From Tubulanus polymorphus (lineage: Eukaryota > Animalia > Nemertea), in assembly GCF_964204645.1 (NCBI RefSeq), contig NC_134028.1, forward strand, positions 16,251,653 through 16,315,652: 64,000 nt of DNA, given 5' to 3'. Both the position numbers and the translations under genes were made by a program. The notes under the pieces are model-generated. The model saw only the letters and a program-made list of their open reading frames with translations, was not told the DNA's origin and made no database searches. Below, piece after piece: positions 26,551 to 39,198 of the stretch. Position 1 is the stretch's first letter; every line of letters begins with the position of its first letter.

Positions 26551-28139
26551 CTGAAATCAATACATTGACAATTAAATAGAAACATAATAATCGAGTGCGT
26601 CATCAATAATATGGAAATCAAATGATTTCTTTAACATAGAACTACTCCATTATTCTCCATAAGAATTGCTGCAGATTAGTGGTAAAAACACACGACTAGT
26701 TTGTGTGGGAAAAAAAGTGTGTCTAGTTTAATCAGTACTAGAATTCATCAATTACCACTATAATTTGCCATTAAAAACAAGCTGATACAAAGCGCCTCAC
26801 GAACGACGCGCCAATTTCATGTTTTTCAAGTTTGTCAAAATACACAATACTCAATAGAATAATGGTGCCAAACTCAATAGAACTGATAATTTGTTTGAGA
26901 TTCTATATACAAATAATCTCCATGGAATATGCAATGTGGGCGTAATCAATCAATATTGGTATTCGTTGGAATATTTCGTGGGATCGTAGAATGATAGAAT
27001 GATCCCCAAAGCGCGTATGTAGAGCCAATAGTTATATGTGTATGAGAGTAGACAGAATGTGCAGTGTGAAATCGATAGAGCGAACTAGATGGGAAAAGGG
27101 GAATTAAGAAAAGCAATTAGTAACGATTATTGTTATACATAGACTTACATGGGAATGATACACTGTATAAAAACTCTTGATTTTACGGAATATGTAAATT
27201 TGAATTACCCCATTTTTGTAAATCTTTTTTCATAATTCCATACATTTTTCATTTAAAAATGATCACAAGTAAAAGAATGCACATTATTTGTTGTTTTGTA
27301 ATAGGTATTACATTGCCATCGATTCAATTTTTGCGGAATTCATTAGCACATCTATTTCATGTTTTCCATAGCCTTATAAGCATTAAAATATTATCGAACA
27401 ATCTCGGCTGTGCCTACATCGATAAAAAAAATTGAAATTATTCGAAACAGAGATCTTGGGATTCGAACGCGTTAGCTCCACGAAGCAAGCCAGAGATTTT
27501 GGGATTCAAACGCTTGAGCTCCACGAATTAGCCCCATGAGCGAGAACCAGGTCTACCGAAATCCGCGAAAATTTCGCAACTTACTTCCGGGTTTTCGAAT
27601 TGGCGTTCGTGACTCGTACGGTGAGGACTTTTTTGACGCCTTATAAAACGCATCCTCCCTCTGCGGGGGAGGATGTATAAAACGTTACCATAATGAAACC
27701 TTAACAATGTTAACCATTCAGCGTCATTTTACAACAACCGTAAATCGATGTGCAAAACGTCACAGGTTTATGTGTACACATACAAGCTATTTGGCAAAAT
27801 ATTATTGATAAAGATGTAGAATGGCTCCCTGTGATTTTATAATGACCTATATTTGAACGTCGAAATGTTATATTGCATTGATAATATCTTGAGAAGACGT
27901 ATTGTAATAGTAATGGAAGTATGATTATATCAGGAGCGGCAGGCATAAATAGAAATGATAAGTAAATCGGATTATTAAATGGCGGATGTATACACGATTT
28001 GGAAGTCAGATATAAAAGTCAGACCCTGACATGGGGATGCTAGTGGAATGACAAAGCTATCTACGATCTGAGTAGGGCCGGCGTGAATTTCATCGGCGGC
28101 TGCTACAAGCGGTCTATATAAAAACGTGCAAACATATAA

Positions 28140-29358
28140 TTTCAATATTGTTATTATTATTATTTTATTTTTCCATTTTGAATTATAATAATCGTACTAA
28201 GTAATACAAATACAAAAATTCAAGATGGAGGGAAACATGAAGAAACCTGTTAAGGTTTATATGATATTCATGCCACCCTCGTACACCCAATCACACTCTC
28301 TTTCACACTACATTCACACTGAAAATATTTAAGTGCCAGATGGAAGAGACTGGCAAGGTTATCGAAACATTAATTGAGAAGATACTGTTTGAGAGCACGT
28401 TTAAAAACTGGAGGGGATACTGATCCAATGATCTTCACTGAGTAAGGTAAGTTATTCCAAGTTAAAGGGGCTGATACTTTTAATGAAAATTTCTTTCGAT
28501 TGGTTCTAAATTGTTCTACTTTGAATGCATGACGGTTTCGAGTATGATGATGGTGAAAGTCGGAATTTAATGAAAAATAATCTGAAAACGAGTTAGGCAG
28601 TAGTGAATTCTTACATTTAAATATGAAAAAGCACAATTGAAATTTCGTCATTGCTCGAAAAGTAAGGATACCTAAGTTTTTGAAGATGGGGGCTGTATGG
28701 TCAAAGAAGGTAACCTTCGATATTACCCTGATCGCACGCTTTTGAAGTAGGATTATTGGCCTGATTCTCGATTCGTAGTTATTGCCCCAGATAAAATTGC
28801 AGTATTGGAAATACGGGTAAACAAAACTATACTATAAGGTTTTCATCACTAAAACTGGCAATCGTCTTTTAACTCTATTCAAAACACCAATACTACGAGA
28901 GATCTTTTTACAGACAAATGATATGTGGTCAGACCACGTCAGTTTACTATCAATATTTAAACCAAGAAATTTTGTGGAATGAACTTGCTTTATTGGGACA
29001 TTTCCGATTTTTATGGCACAAGGGGTACCCTTGAAATTTCCGAAAATCATAAAATAACATTTTTCAAGGTTAAGAGACAATTTATTAACTCGAAACCACA
29101 TTCGAAGTTTGATGAGTTCATTGTTTATCAGTTGGAATATCTTCTTATGATCTTTTGAATAAGCGAAGGTTGTGTCATCTGCAAAAAGGGTGAAGTCAAG
29201 AATTTTTGAAGCATTGACACAATCATTTATGAATAATAGATATAAAAGAGGACCGAGAATAGAACCTTGGGGAACTCCGATAGTTATACCTCTTCTTGAC
29301 GAGTTAATACCATTAAAACAAACAATTTGACCACGATCAGACAGGTAACTTTCGAATA
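28140..29358 (-). mobile_element. 5'-truncated LINE (CR1/L2-type) RT and 3' end
   Basis: GVPQGSILGPLLYLLFINDC, FTLFADDTT, WFRVNKLSLN, KFLG; AATAAA and (ATA)n tail. Confidence 0.9.
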
Positions 29359-29389
29359 TTCAAATGTTTTAGAAAATATGTTCGATATT

Positions 29390-29590
29390 AGGGGTATGCA
29401 GGTTTCATGAGATTAGCAATTTATAATAGCATAGCTGTCATACACGGCTCCGCGTCCACTGATGGCATGTGTATAAGGTGACAAATCAATTCAATACTTT
29501 ATTGATCCTTATTACATTGAAATTCCGGGATAAAATTCCCAAATTCAATAAAATTACAAATTTCAAAATAAGAAAATACAAAATACAAAA
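29390..29590 (-). mobile_element. Fragment of the same Helentron-type family
   Basis: Closely matches 12447-12630 (GCAATTTATAATAGCATAGCT...GGATAAAATTCCCAAATTCAATAAA). Confidence 0.7.
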
Positions 29591-29664
29591 CACACGGGTA
29601 ATTCATACAGAATAACATGAATAAGTTATTTAAATGACAATGTAATTAAGTAAAATCTCGGAGA

Positions 29665-29970
29665 AATGTCTATTTCTACTTTACTTGAAAGCTCACGAGA
29701 TGGCATAGCTCAGTCGGTTTTAGTGGTACATATCTGATAAAAGTCTTACTCGGACCAGAAAGCACTGGCAGCGAGTCAGTTTTCTCTTTTTAACTCCTTT
29801 CAATGAAGACTTTTTGGATATCCTTCAATAAAGCGAAGAATGGATTGAAAATCGATGTTTATAATGTCCCCTTTCTGGTCCTAATAAGATTTCTGTCAGG
29901 TATGTACCACCAGAGCGGACTGGGCTAGGCCACCTGATGTGCTCTCAAGTCAAGATGAAATAGACATTTA
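29665..29970. mobile_element. Old MITE-like fold-back element
   Basis: Imperfect ~95-bp inverted arms AAATGTCTATTTC...GGACCAGAA and TTCTGGTCC...GAAATAGACATTT. Confidence 0.6.
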
Positions 29971-30324
29971 GTCAATTTAGTCAAATTTACTCCAAGCCTA
30001 AGGTGGCTCCATATGCGACTTAAGTTAAATTCCAGGGTTGCTCGCACAGTTGTCACAATACTAAGTCCAGCAAAAGGAAAACCAGGTATCATTTGAAAAA
30101 CAAGACATGGCGATCATGTTATAATCGATGGAATATGAGATTGTAAACTTCTACTTTATCTGCAATACCTGAAGAGTTACCCCTTAAATATGTACTATCA
30201 TTACTGTCTATGATGATGACTCTCTCTTACTTTGTGCATTTAGTTTTATTATAAGTTAGAATATGTCATCTAACTGGACAATATTAACGCATCCCTTTCA
30301 ATTAAAAGTTTGATAATTTTTCAG

Positions 30325-30970
30325 GTACTGTTATCTGTTAAAGTTGTTCAAAAGCGCCATATGTCAGACAGCTTGTGGAAAAATAGAAGTTTACATTCAA
30401 CATCTTGGTCTTCATTCTTTTACAAGCAATTTACAGTAACCATGTTGCGTACCCATTTGTGAACGTGTCTTCAAGAGCGTTTCAACAATTAGGAGTCACA
30501 ATCCCGTGATCACTGTAGTTATCAGGAAAAAGCCAATGCTGTTTTGTTATGTGCTTATAGTGGAATATATTTGCAGTGTTAATTACTATTTTGTGAGGAA
30601 AAAAGGTTGTGAAAATATTGTTGAGCTTATTTCTCATTTGAAAAGTCACATTTCTGGTGGGAGTTCGGTCGAGGTAACGTGTCCGTTTCGTGGCTGTGGA
30701 GCGAAAATATAGAAAGAAATCATCATTTTCCTCACATATATCTCGTGTGCATCGACATTGGAACATACATGCGGTAAATGATCTTGATCATAGTGTATAT
30801 AGCAGTTCTCAAAATGATGATGGTGATGGCCTTGACAGAGGTGTCCAGGAAACATTGTTAGCATGAGATCTTCCCTCTGGCAATCTTCTTTCCCTGTACT
30901 CGATGAGATTGTTTTCATTGATGCGTATGCATTGTTCTACCTAACGCTATATACTAAGCATCATGTGCAA
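30325..30970 (+). pseudogene. CACTA/EnSpm-like transposase N-terminus (C2H2 fingers)
   Basis: Frameshifted CVPICERVFKSVSTIRSH, LISHLKSH...VTCPFRGC and DAYALFYLTLYTKHHV; cut off by AT-rich viral-like DNA. Confidence 0.6.
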
Positions 30971-33010
30971 AAAGAATTAAAATATCATATATGAATAAAT
31001 TAAAAAATAAATTAATACATATTTAATACGTATTAATGGTATTAAATACATTTAAGTCTCAGAAGTAATTCATTTTTTAATTTATTTATATATGATATTT
31101 TAATTCTTTACATTTAACTAGGTTTCTTTATCTAATACTAAGTTAGTTGGTTTATTGTTTTTCTAGTTGAATTTTAGTCAAATGTAAAGAAATCTAAAGT
31201 AAACAAGAATTAATAAAAAAAACATTAGAATTATAATAGGTCTCTTTATCTAATACAAAGTTAGTTGGTTTATTGTTTTTCTAGTTGAATCTATTCAAAA
31301 TATTATTTAACCCAGTGAGCAAAAAGAAACAATAACTTAGTCTTAATTTAAAGATAAATATCGTAATTTAGTGCTGCGCAAAGAATAAAGATATTCATCT
31401 GATAGATTCATAGAATTACTATGAAAATAAAATATATATTTGAATATAATTTGTACCTTTCCAGTGTTGAAATATAAGTTATATTAGTTAAAAATATGAA
31501 TATGATAAATCTGTGAAGACATAGGGGTTATTTGAATATAAGGCCCCCCTGTCTCTAGAATCCAAGAAAGTAAGAAAGTAAGACAGGTACGAGACGTATG
31601 AGTAAGAATCCAAGAATCCAAGAATTCTTACTTTCTTACTTTCTTACTCGTACCTCTAGTACTTAGATACATAAATTAGTTTAGATTATATAAAAATGAA
31701 TATATTATTAATTTAAGTATAGAAATAGATTATATTATAACTATTTTTATTTTTATTAAGTGAAAACATATAATTTATTCATTTTTATAAAACTAAAGAC
31801 AGGTAAATTAGAAAAGTAGGCTTTCAAGCCAGAGTACGAGAGTACGAGTTCTTATAGAATAGATATATAGATATATTTTAAACATTATTTCAATATTTAT
31901 ATTTGTATGAGTTAGATTTTTAAACATTAAAAGTGTTAGTAAAGTGTGATTGAAATAATTCATGATTCTATTTGAGCCTATATACATTTCATCTAATGAA
32001 CTATTGAATAAATCCATAAATTCACAGCTGTTACAATGACGCCGAGACATATGAGTCATAATACTGCAAACGCGTAGAACATTCTAGAAGGTGTACCGGA
32101 ACTCTGAATAGAGATGACATGGCATAATACTGCAAACGCGTAGAACATTCTAGAAGGCGTGCCGGAACTAGATGACGTGTCATAATCGAAGACGTGTTCA
32201 TTTAGAAATCGCACCGGAACTGAATAGACGATGTAACATAACGCTTAGGATATTTTCTCTCGAAACGCAATTAGGAGTTTATAGTTTACAATTCTAAATC
32301 TAAATGTAAGTACTGTTTTTTGTAGTTATTAGGGCTATTAAATATGAAACCTTTAGATATATTTAAGTGTATTTGGTATATCTTTTAGATAGCTAGAGTT
32401 ACCGTGAATATCTTTTAGATTAATAAAACGTCATACGCATCAAGAAGCGATAGAGAAACTCCAAATACTCTTTCTGACTGAGGAATCAACAACAATGGAT
32501 ATCGAACCAATAGAAACTGGCGTAGAAACACCAAAAGATCGACGAAGAAACTATAAAAGAATTTCAAAAAAATTAAGACTCCAATGATTAAGTTTAACAT
32601 TTGTTGATGTAGTTAAATATTTACCGGCAATTGAAAAAATGTTTGTAATTATAAATTGTATTGATAGAAATCAAATGATGTATTGGAAGAAACGACTGAA
32701 CATACTTGTATATGTATTGTGTAAATCTACTTGGTGAATGTTCTATGTTCGGTCGTTTCTATTTGCATAATGAATATTTTACAGAATTTATAGAATGAAT
32801 ATATGATTATGATTAACGCATGTGCATAAAGCAAAAGCGCTCCTGTATGTCCGCATGTGACGCGGGTATTGTAACTGGTATGATTTAGATATCAAGGAAT
32901 CGAAACGACTTATCAAAAGCAACGAGGAATGAAAAAGGATGACGTTGGTCGAAGAAATGGAAGAGGATTCTAAAATATTAACCAATTTAGTAAAAAAATG
33001 TGTATAACAA

Positions 33011-33688
33011 ATGGAACCAGAACAACCACAAACTATCAATATTACAAATAACACTGGTGACATAAATATATACTACAAGAAGTGTTCTAAATGTGAATTA
33101 GATAAATTACGTTTAAAAGAATTTAGTAAGCGTAAGATTAGCAAAGATGGTTTTCAATATTGCTGTAAAACTTGCGCTAAACTATATACCAAACAATATC
33201 GAGAAGATAATATAGAACATTATAATTATTATATGGCAGAATATATGAGAGAAAGATATCAAACAGATCTTAATTTTAGATTGAAACAATGTTTAAGGAC
33301 TAGATTAACACAATTATTCAACAAAGAAACACATTCAGAAACACTATCTAATTTGTTGGGTTGTACAGATGAATTTCTCAAATCATGGATTATATTTCAA
33401 TTCGATGGTCAAATGAATATAGATAATTATGGAGATTATTTTCATATTGATCACGTGTTACCGATATCTAAATTTAACATGAATGATGAATACAATAAAA
33501 AACTTATTTGGAATTGGAAAAATTTAAGACCTCTTGAAAAGAAAGAAAATAAAATCAAATCTAATAAACTAGATTTACAGTTATATTTAGAACAGTTAAC
33601 AAAGGCAAAGAAATTTATTGATCAATGGAATAATAATCCAAATAACGAACAATACGTTGAGGAATTTGATATCAAGGATCCGAAATGA
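33011..33688 (+). CDS. Zn-ribbon plus HNH endonuclease-like protein
   Basis: Intact 225 aa: CSKC...KDGFQYCCKTC and HIDHVLP...NLRPL...NKIKSN. Confidence 0.8.
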   Translation: MEPEQPQTINITNNTGDINIYYKKCSKCELDKLRLKEFSKRKISKDGFQYCCKTCAKLYTKQYREDNIEHYNYYMAEYMRERYQTDLNFRLKQCLRTRLTQLFNKETHSETLSNLLGCTDEFLKSWIIFQFDGQMNIDNYGDYFHIDHVLPISKFNMNDEYNKKLIWNWKNLRPLEKKENKIKSNKLDLQLYLEQLTKAKKFIDQWNNNPNNEQYVEEFDIKDPK

Positions 33689-33998
33689 CTTATCTGGACA
33701 GTTATAATTACTGCTCCTAATAGATTAACAAAAGTAGTGCGATATCAAATAGAATTCAAATAAAATATATTAAAAATTACATACCTTCAACTAGCCATTA
33801 TTTCTATTTTAATTTTTAATATTTTCTTTTACAATTCTTTTCAAAAGAGAATACTTTATATCACAAATAAAAAATACTAAAAAAACAAATAACTAATACT
33901 AAAATTCTTTACCTTTAACTAACTAGTATTAACCCAAAGAGATGCTGGTATCATTTTATAATACTTATATTTTTTTTCCGCTATTTTCTCTAATATAA

Positions 33999-34601
33999 AT
34001 GTCAAAGAAATCGAGTAAGAATAGTATTGATATTGAAAAGACATTAGATGATTTGGGTATAAGTGATAATGAAGATACAGTTGTAACTAATTGTGCTCAA
34101 GTTAATAACAATATTGATTATGAATACTACTTATATTGTAAACACCATCTTGAATTATTAATTGCTGGCGGGAAATCTAAGGAGTTTTTAACTAAGATAA
34201 TCACTTTTCAAGAATTAGATGCTATGAAACCAGATAAAGTAATGAAATATTTTAAGATTTATGAAGAAGCTAGATTAGCTAGAATAAATGATTCTATTTC
34301 AGATGGTATTGTCAAATGTTATTCTAAGTTATGTAACCAGTTAATACCAATTGATGATGAAAATAAATTATATAGTGATTTGAAAAATGACTACTTAGTT
34401 ATGACTGAATTACAAAAATGGGTTGGTTATGCTTCATTCCAATTAGGATCGGTTATGACATTAATTTCTACTGGTGTCATAACATTTTCGAATATCAAAC
34501 CTATGGAATATAAATCAGGTAAGAACGAAACAGATGTACTACAACCAAACAGCGAAACAGAAAATGAATCAGAACAAAAATTAACTAAAATAAATGAGTG
34601 A
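33999..34601 (+). CDS. Conserved Polinton hypothetical protein
   Basis: Intact 200-aa ORF with TAAATG start; homolog in copy A. Confidence 0.8.
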   Translation: MSKKSSKNSIDIEKTLDDLGISDNEDTVVTNCAQVNNNIDYEYYLYCKHHLELLIAGGKSKEFLTKIITFQELDAMKPDKVMKYFKIYEEARLARINDSISDGIVKCYSKLCNQLIPIDDENKLYSDLKNDYLVMTELQKWVGYASFQLGSVMTLISTGVITFSNIKPMEYKSGKNETDVLQPNSETENESEQKLTKINE

Positions 34602-34965
34602 AGGCGTTAAGAAGAAGCCTAGATCCGAGAAACAAATTAAATGGGCAAGAGAATTAGGTAAAAGATCTTCAGAATTAAAAAAAGCTAAGAAAAAGAAATT
34701 AACTGATATAAATGAATCACAGAAATTATCTGATATTGATTCAAATAATAATATATCTGATTCTTCTAATAGTGGAAGAAATGATTACTTATATATTACA
34801 ATTGGGTAAATCACAATTATTATATTCTCTGGTGTAATATATAAATATAAGTATAAATCTGATTATAACAATAATGATTCCAATGATAATAAACCTATTA
34901 TACCAGAAAATAAGTCAAATCATAAAGCCATTGAAACTAAATCTAAATTATTATTAATGGATTAA
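34594..34965 (+). pseudogene. Small basic protein with TM helix (copy B)
   Basis: Stop at 34807-34809 where copy A reads Leu; frame continues to ...LLLMD*. Confidence 0.7.
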
Positions 34966-34971
34966 AATAAG

Positions 34972-36059
34972 ATGAAAAAAGAACAATATTTAACCTTTAT
35001 ATTATAACCCAGAAAGTGAAGTATCATATTCTAGCGTTTCAGAATTATGGAATAAAATTAAATCTGATAATGAAAATGGTAATATAAAATATAGTGAGTT
35101 AAAATTATGGTTACAAAATCAACCAACATATCAAATCCATAAGAAAATGGATAAAACTTATTTAACAAGAAAATTTATGGTTTCATATATCGATCAACAA
35201 TGGCAAGCTGATTTAATTGACATGAAGAACTTAGAAGAATACAACAAAGGATATTTCTGGATATTGAATGTTATAGACATTCAGTAGATACGCATGGTCA
35301 ATTCCAATCACAAATAAAACTGGTATAGAAGTAACAAATGCTTTTAAATCAATATTTAAAGAAGCTATTCCAGATAAGATACAATTTGATGAAGGTAATG
35401 AATTTTATAACAAACATTTTAAAAAACTATTATCTGATAACGTTGTAGATTATTTTCCAACACACTCAGATAAAAAAGCATCTATTATAGAAAGATTTAA
35501 TAAAACATTGAAAACTAGAATGTGGAAATATTTTACTGCTAATGAAACATATAAATATATCGATGTGTTAGATGATTTAGTGAAAGGTTATAATAATTCT
35601 AAACATAGTTCTATAAACATGAAACCTATACAAGCTACAAAAGAAGATGATTCGGAAATAGTTTGGAAGAATTTATATGGAGCGTTTGTTACACATGATT
35701 TTTGAGAACCTAAATTTAAAATTGGACAACACGTTAGAATATCTAAATATAGAAAAACATTTTATAAAGGTTATACCCCTAATTTTACTGAAGAAATATT
35801 CAAGATTAAAAAGATAATATTAACTAAACCATTTGTTTATAAATTAGAAGATCTAAAAGATGAAGAAATATTAGGTTATTTCTATGAACAAGAATTATCA
35901 CTTGTACCAAATCCAGATGAAATAGAATACAAAATAGAAAAAGTATTAAAAACAAAAACTCTTAAAGGAAAAAAGTATTCTTTGGTGAAATATAAAGGAT
36001 ATGATGATAAATTTAATGAATGGATTTTATCTAGTAAAATCAAAAGAATAAATGAATAA
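34972..36059 (+). pseudogene. DDE integrase with chromodomain (copy B)
   Basis: Same motifs as copy A; frameshifts near 34995 and 35280, stop at ~35703. Confidence 0.93.
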
Positions 36060-36678
36060 AGATTTATTTTTATTTGAACCGCATAATATGTTAGTTACTG
36101 GAGTAACCAATTGTGGTAAAACATATTTCATATTAGATTTGTTAGAAACTATTTATAAGAATCATTTTGATAATATAATATTATATTATATTATAATATT
36201 CTGTCCTACTTATGAAATGATTAAAACATATAATAGGGATATAGTTAAAATAGAAAAGTTTATTATATTAGATCCTAAAACAGTAAAAGAAAATTTAGAT
36301 AATTGTATTAAAATAGCAATTGATACTTATAAAGGATCAAATACATTATTCATTATAGATGATTGTGCAAATTTACATGATTCAAAAGTTAGAGAAAGTG
36401 AGTTGTGTTATCTAGCTTTCTCTGGGAGACATTTTGGGATAACAACATGGGTTTTAAATCAAAAATATAATTCAATTGTTAAAGACTTAATGGAGAATAT
36501 AAGATTTCTAGTTTTATTTTATAACAAAGATAGAAAATCTATGCAACAATCATTGGAAGAAAATCAAATTATACCTACTGAATTACATGATGAATATATG
36601 AATAAATTAAAGAATAATAAAGGTTCAAAATTATTACTGAGACTACAATTTCCCTATGAATATAAATTTATAAAATAA
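36052..36678 (+). CDS. A32/FtsK-like genome-packaging ATPase
   Basis: Walker A GVTNCGKT, Walker B LFIIDD, SGRHFGIT...Q arginine-finger/sensor region. Confidence 0.9.
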   Translation: MNKDLFLFEPHNMLVTGVTNCGKTYFILDLLETIYKNHFDNIILYYIIIFCPTYEMIKTYNRDIVKIEKFIILDPKTVKENLDNCIKIAIDTYKGSNTLFIIDDCANLHDSKVRESELCYLAFSGRHFGITTWVLNQKYNSIVKDLMENIRFLVLFYNKDRKSMQQSLEENQIIPTELHDEYMNKLKNNKGSKLLLRLQFPYEYKFIK

Positions 36679-36994
36679 CTATTTATATACCTATGTATCC
36701 AATACGTATTAAATACGTATTAGATTAAATACATTAATACTTAAAACCCTCTTTTTAAAATAAATATCATTCATACAATTTTCAACCAATTTATTTTCTA
36801 TTTTTTCAACTAATATATGAATAAGTTTGAAAATAATAAAGGTTCTTTATTATTACTGAGGTTTCAATATAAATTTAAAAAAAAATATAATTTAAGGTAT
36901 TTTCAAATAATATGTATTAAATACGTATTAGATACATAAATACTTAAAACCCCCTTTTTTATTTACTATTATTTTATACAATTTTCAACCTTTA

Positions 36995-37903
36995 TTACTT
37001 TTTGAGTGTTAGATAATTACTTTCTGAATCACTTTCATCATCACTCTCCAATTCATCATCAAACCCTAACAATTTATTCAAATGCTCTATCGTATCTTCA
37101 CCAATAATTGGTTTATTGATATACTTATTAGTCATCTCAACTATATCTTTATTTTCTGATTTCAGTTTCATAGAATCTTTATTATCAATACGCTTTCCTG
37201 TAACTATGTTTTCATTGTCATCTTTCTTAGTGTTTGACCTTAATAATGTATTTACAATGCTTGATTCTAATATTTTGTTAGCAGCAGATAAATCTAATTC
37301 ATCATTACTAGGTTCCTTAGATAAAAATTCACCCAATAAATCTTTATATAAATCTTTACCATCTACTTTTTTATTTGAAACAAACTTTGTAACATAATTA
37401 AATGGGTGTTCTATAAATTCTCTTATACCAACACGATCGATTACATTAATAATATGTGAATTTGTATTCATATGATTATTCCAATTTGATGGAGCGTTTG
37501 AAAATTCACTTTTACAATAATCACAATAATTTCTATTTTCACTAATATTTCATATTATTTCATTATTAGATGTAGAAGGTATTACATTATTAGATGTAGA
37601 AGGTATTACATTATTAGATGTAGAAGGTATTACATTATTAGATGTAGTAGGTATTACATTATTAGATGTATTAGGTATTACATTATTAGATGTAGAAGGT
37701 ATTACATTATTATCAATTACATTACTTAAATTATCAACAACACCAGTTTTAATATTATCGATTTCTATGAGTTTAGTTTTATAATTTTTGAAAATAGGAT
37801 CAAATATCAAAGCTATATTACAAGGTATTACATAATATAAACCATCATTATTTTCATGTGTATCGATGTATGGAATATGTTTATATACTTTACCTCCTTC
37901 CAT
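36995..37903 (-). pseudogene. Repeat-linker zinc-finger protein (copy B)
   Basis: (NNVIPSTS)n, then a 1-bp frameshift at ~37550, then YCDYCKSEFSNAPSNWNNHMNTNSH in frame with ORF 36995..37471. Confidence 0.72.
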
Positions 37904-37935
37904 TTATTATATAAATTTTTATTAAAGTTAAAATT

Positions 37936-39178
37936 CTAATACATAACACTATTTAATTGAGAATTTACAATATTTAATTGCGCGTCAGATATAATATAAA
38001 TGTGCATTTTAAAATTTTTGATTCCTTTATTCTTTGTCATGAATAATTGTATTCCATCTTTAGTGTTTTGTAATTTTTTTCCAGAACCATGTAATTAATT
38101 ATCCTCTGTTGTTCTAAAATCTAACCATAATGCATATTTATTACCGGTATAATAATCAATTTGATTAATATTACAATTTTCAGATGATTTTACTTTTTCA
38201 TTCATAAAATGTTTTCAAATTTCTGGCCATTGATCAATCATTCTCATTCCTTGACAAAATATTTGCTATTCCTTCGATAGTTATTTCTACTTTTGTTATT
38301 TCAAGATTATTATAATTATCAACATTTATTGCACCATTAGTATATGTTGCAATGGTAAAAAATATTAATATACCTTTAATAGATCTTCTTGGGAAGTTAA
38401 TATTCTCATTAATAATTTCATCATTTTCATTGATAGTTACAGTTTTAAATTTATCAATATAATCATATAATAATGAAAATCCTTGATTGTATTGAGTTTG
38501 AATTATACTTGAAATATTTTCATCAGTTACTGTATCATATTCTAAACATATATTCGATAATTTATAACCCATATCTTTATTAACGCTAGATATTACAATT
38601 TCATTTACAGGAGCAAATGTTATCTCAAATATAACGTCTTCTTGAATTGCGTATTTATATAAAGGCGCATTATTATTTATCAATTCGAAGTCTAATGGAA
38701 TTTTATATTTGCTTCCATATATACTTGTTATCAATTTATCTATAGCATTAGTTAATATTGCATTATGTGCTTCTGATCTTAATTTATTTTGGTTTTCTGA
38801 TTGTATTCCTTGAAATATCATATTATTTCTATTTTCTTTAGTTAACCATAAATCTTTATAATGCATAAATAAATTATAATCATCTAATGAGAAAACTGTT
38901 TCTGGACCAATCTTTATTGTTAATTTTTTAATCAAATATCTTCCAACATTATCGACAACATAATTAGTATTATTACCGGTTACTTTTATATCGGCTGATA
39001 AATAAATACTATTTGGAACATAAAAAGTATTTTGTGTTAATCGAGGAATTCTAACATATAAAGTTTCATCAGGATTAATATTAGAAGGGTTATGAGTAAT
39101 TATACGATGTGATCTTTCTGCTTTCATAGCATTAGATATTCTATGATTCTTAGAAGGATTGATATAACTCCCACTCAA
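37936..39178 (-). pseudogene. Putative major capsid protein (copy B)
   Basis: ORF 38234..39178 plus frameshifted 3' end; ATG mutated to TTG. Confidence 0.72.
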
Positions 39179-39198
39179 TTATTTAACAAAAAAATTAA

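Noticed and set aside
27449-27535. Two ~43-bp direct repeats containing GGATTCGAAC
   Set aside because: Only two units; likely a decayed repeat fragment with no further structure.
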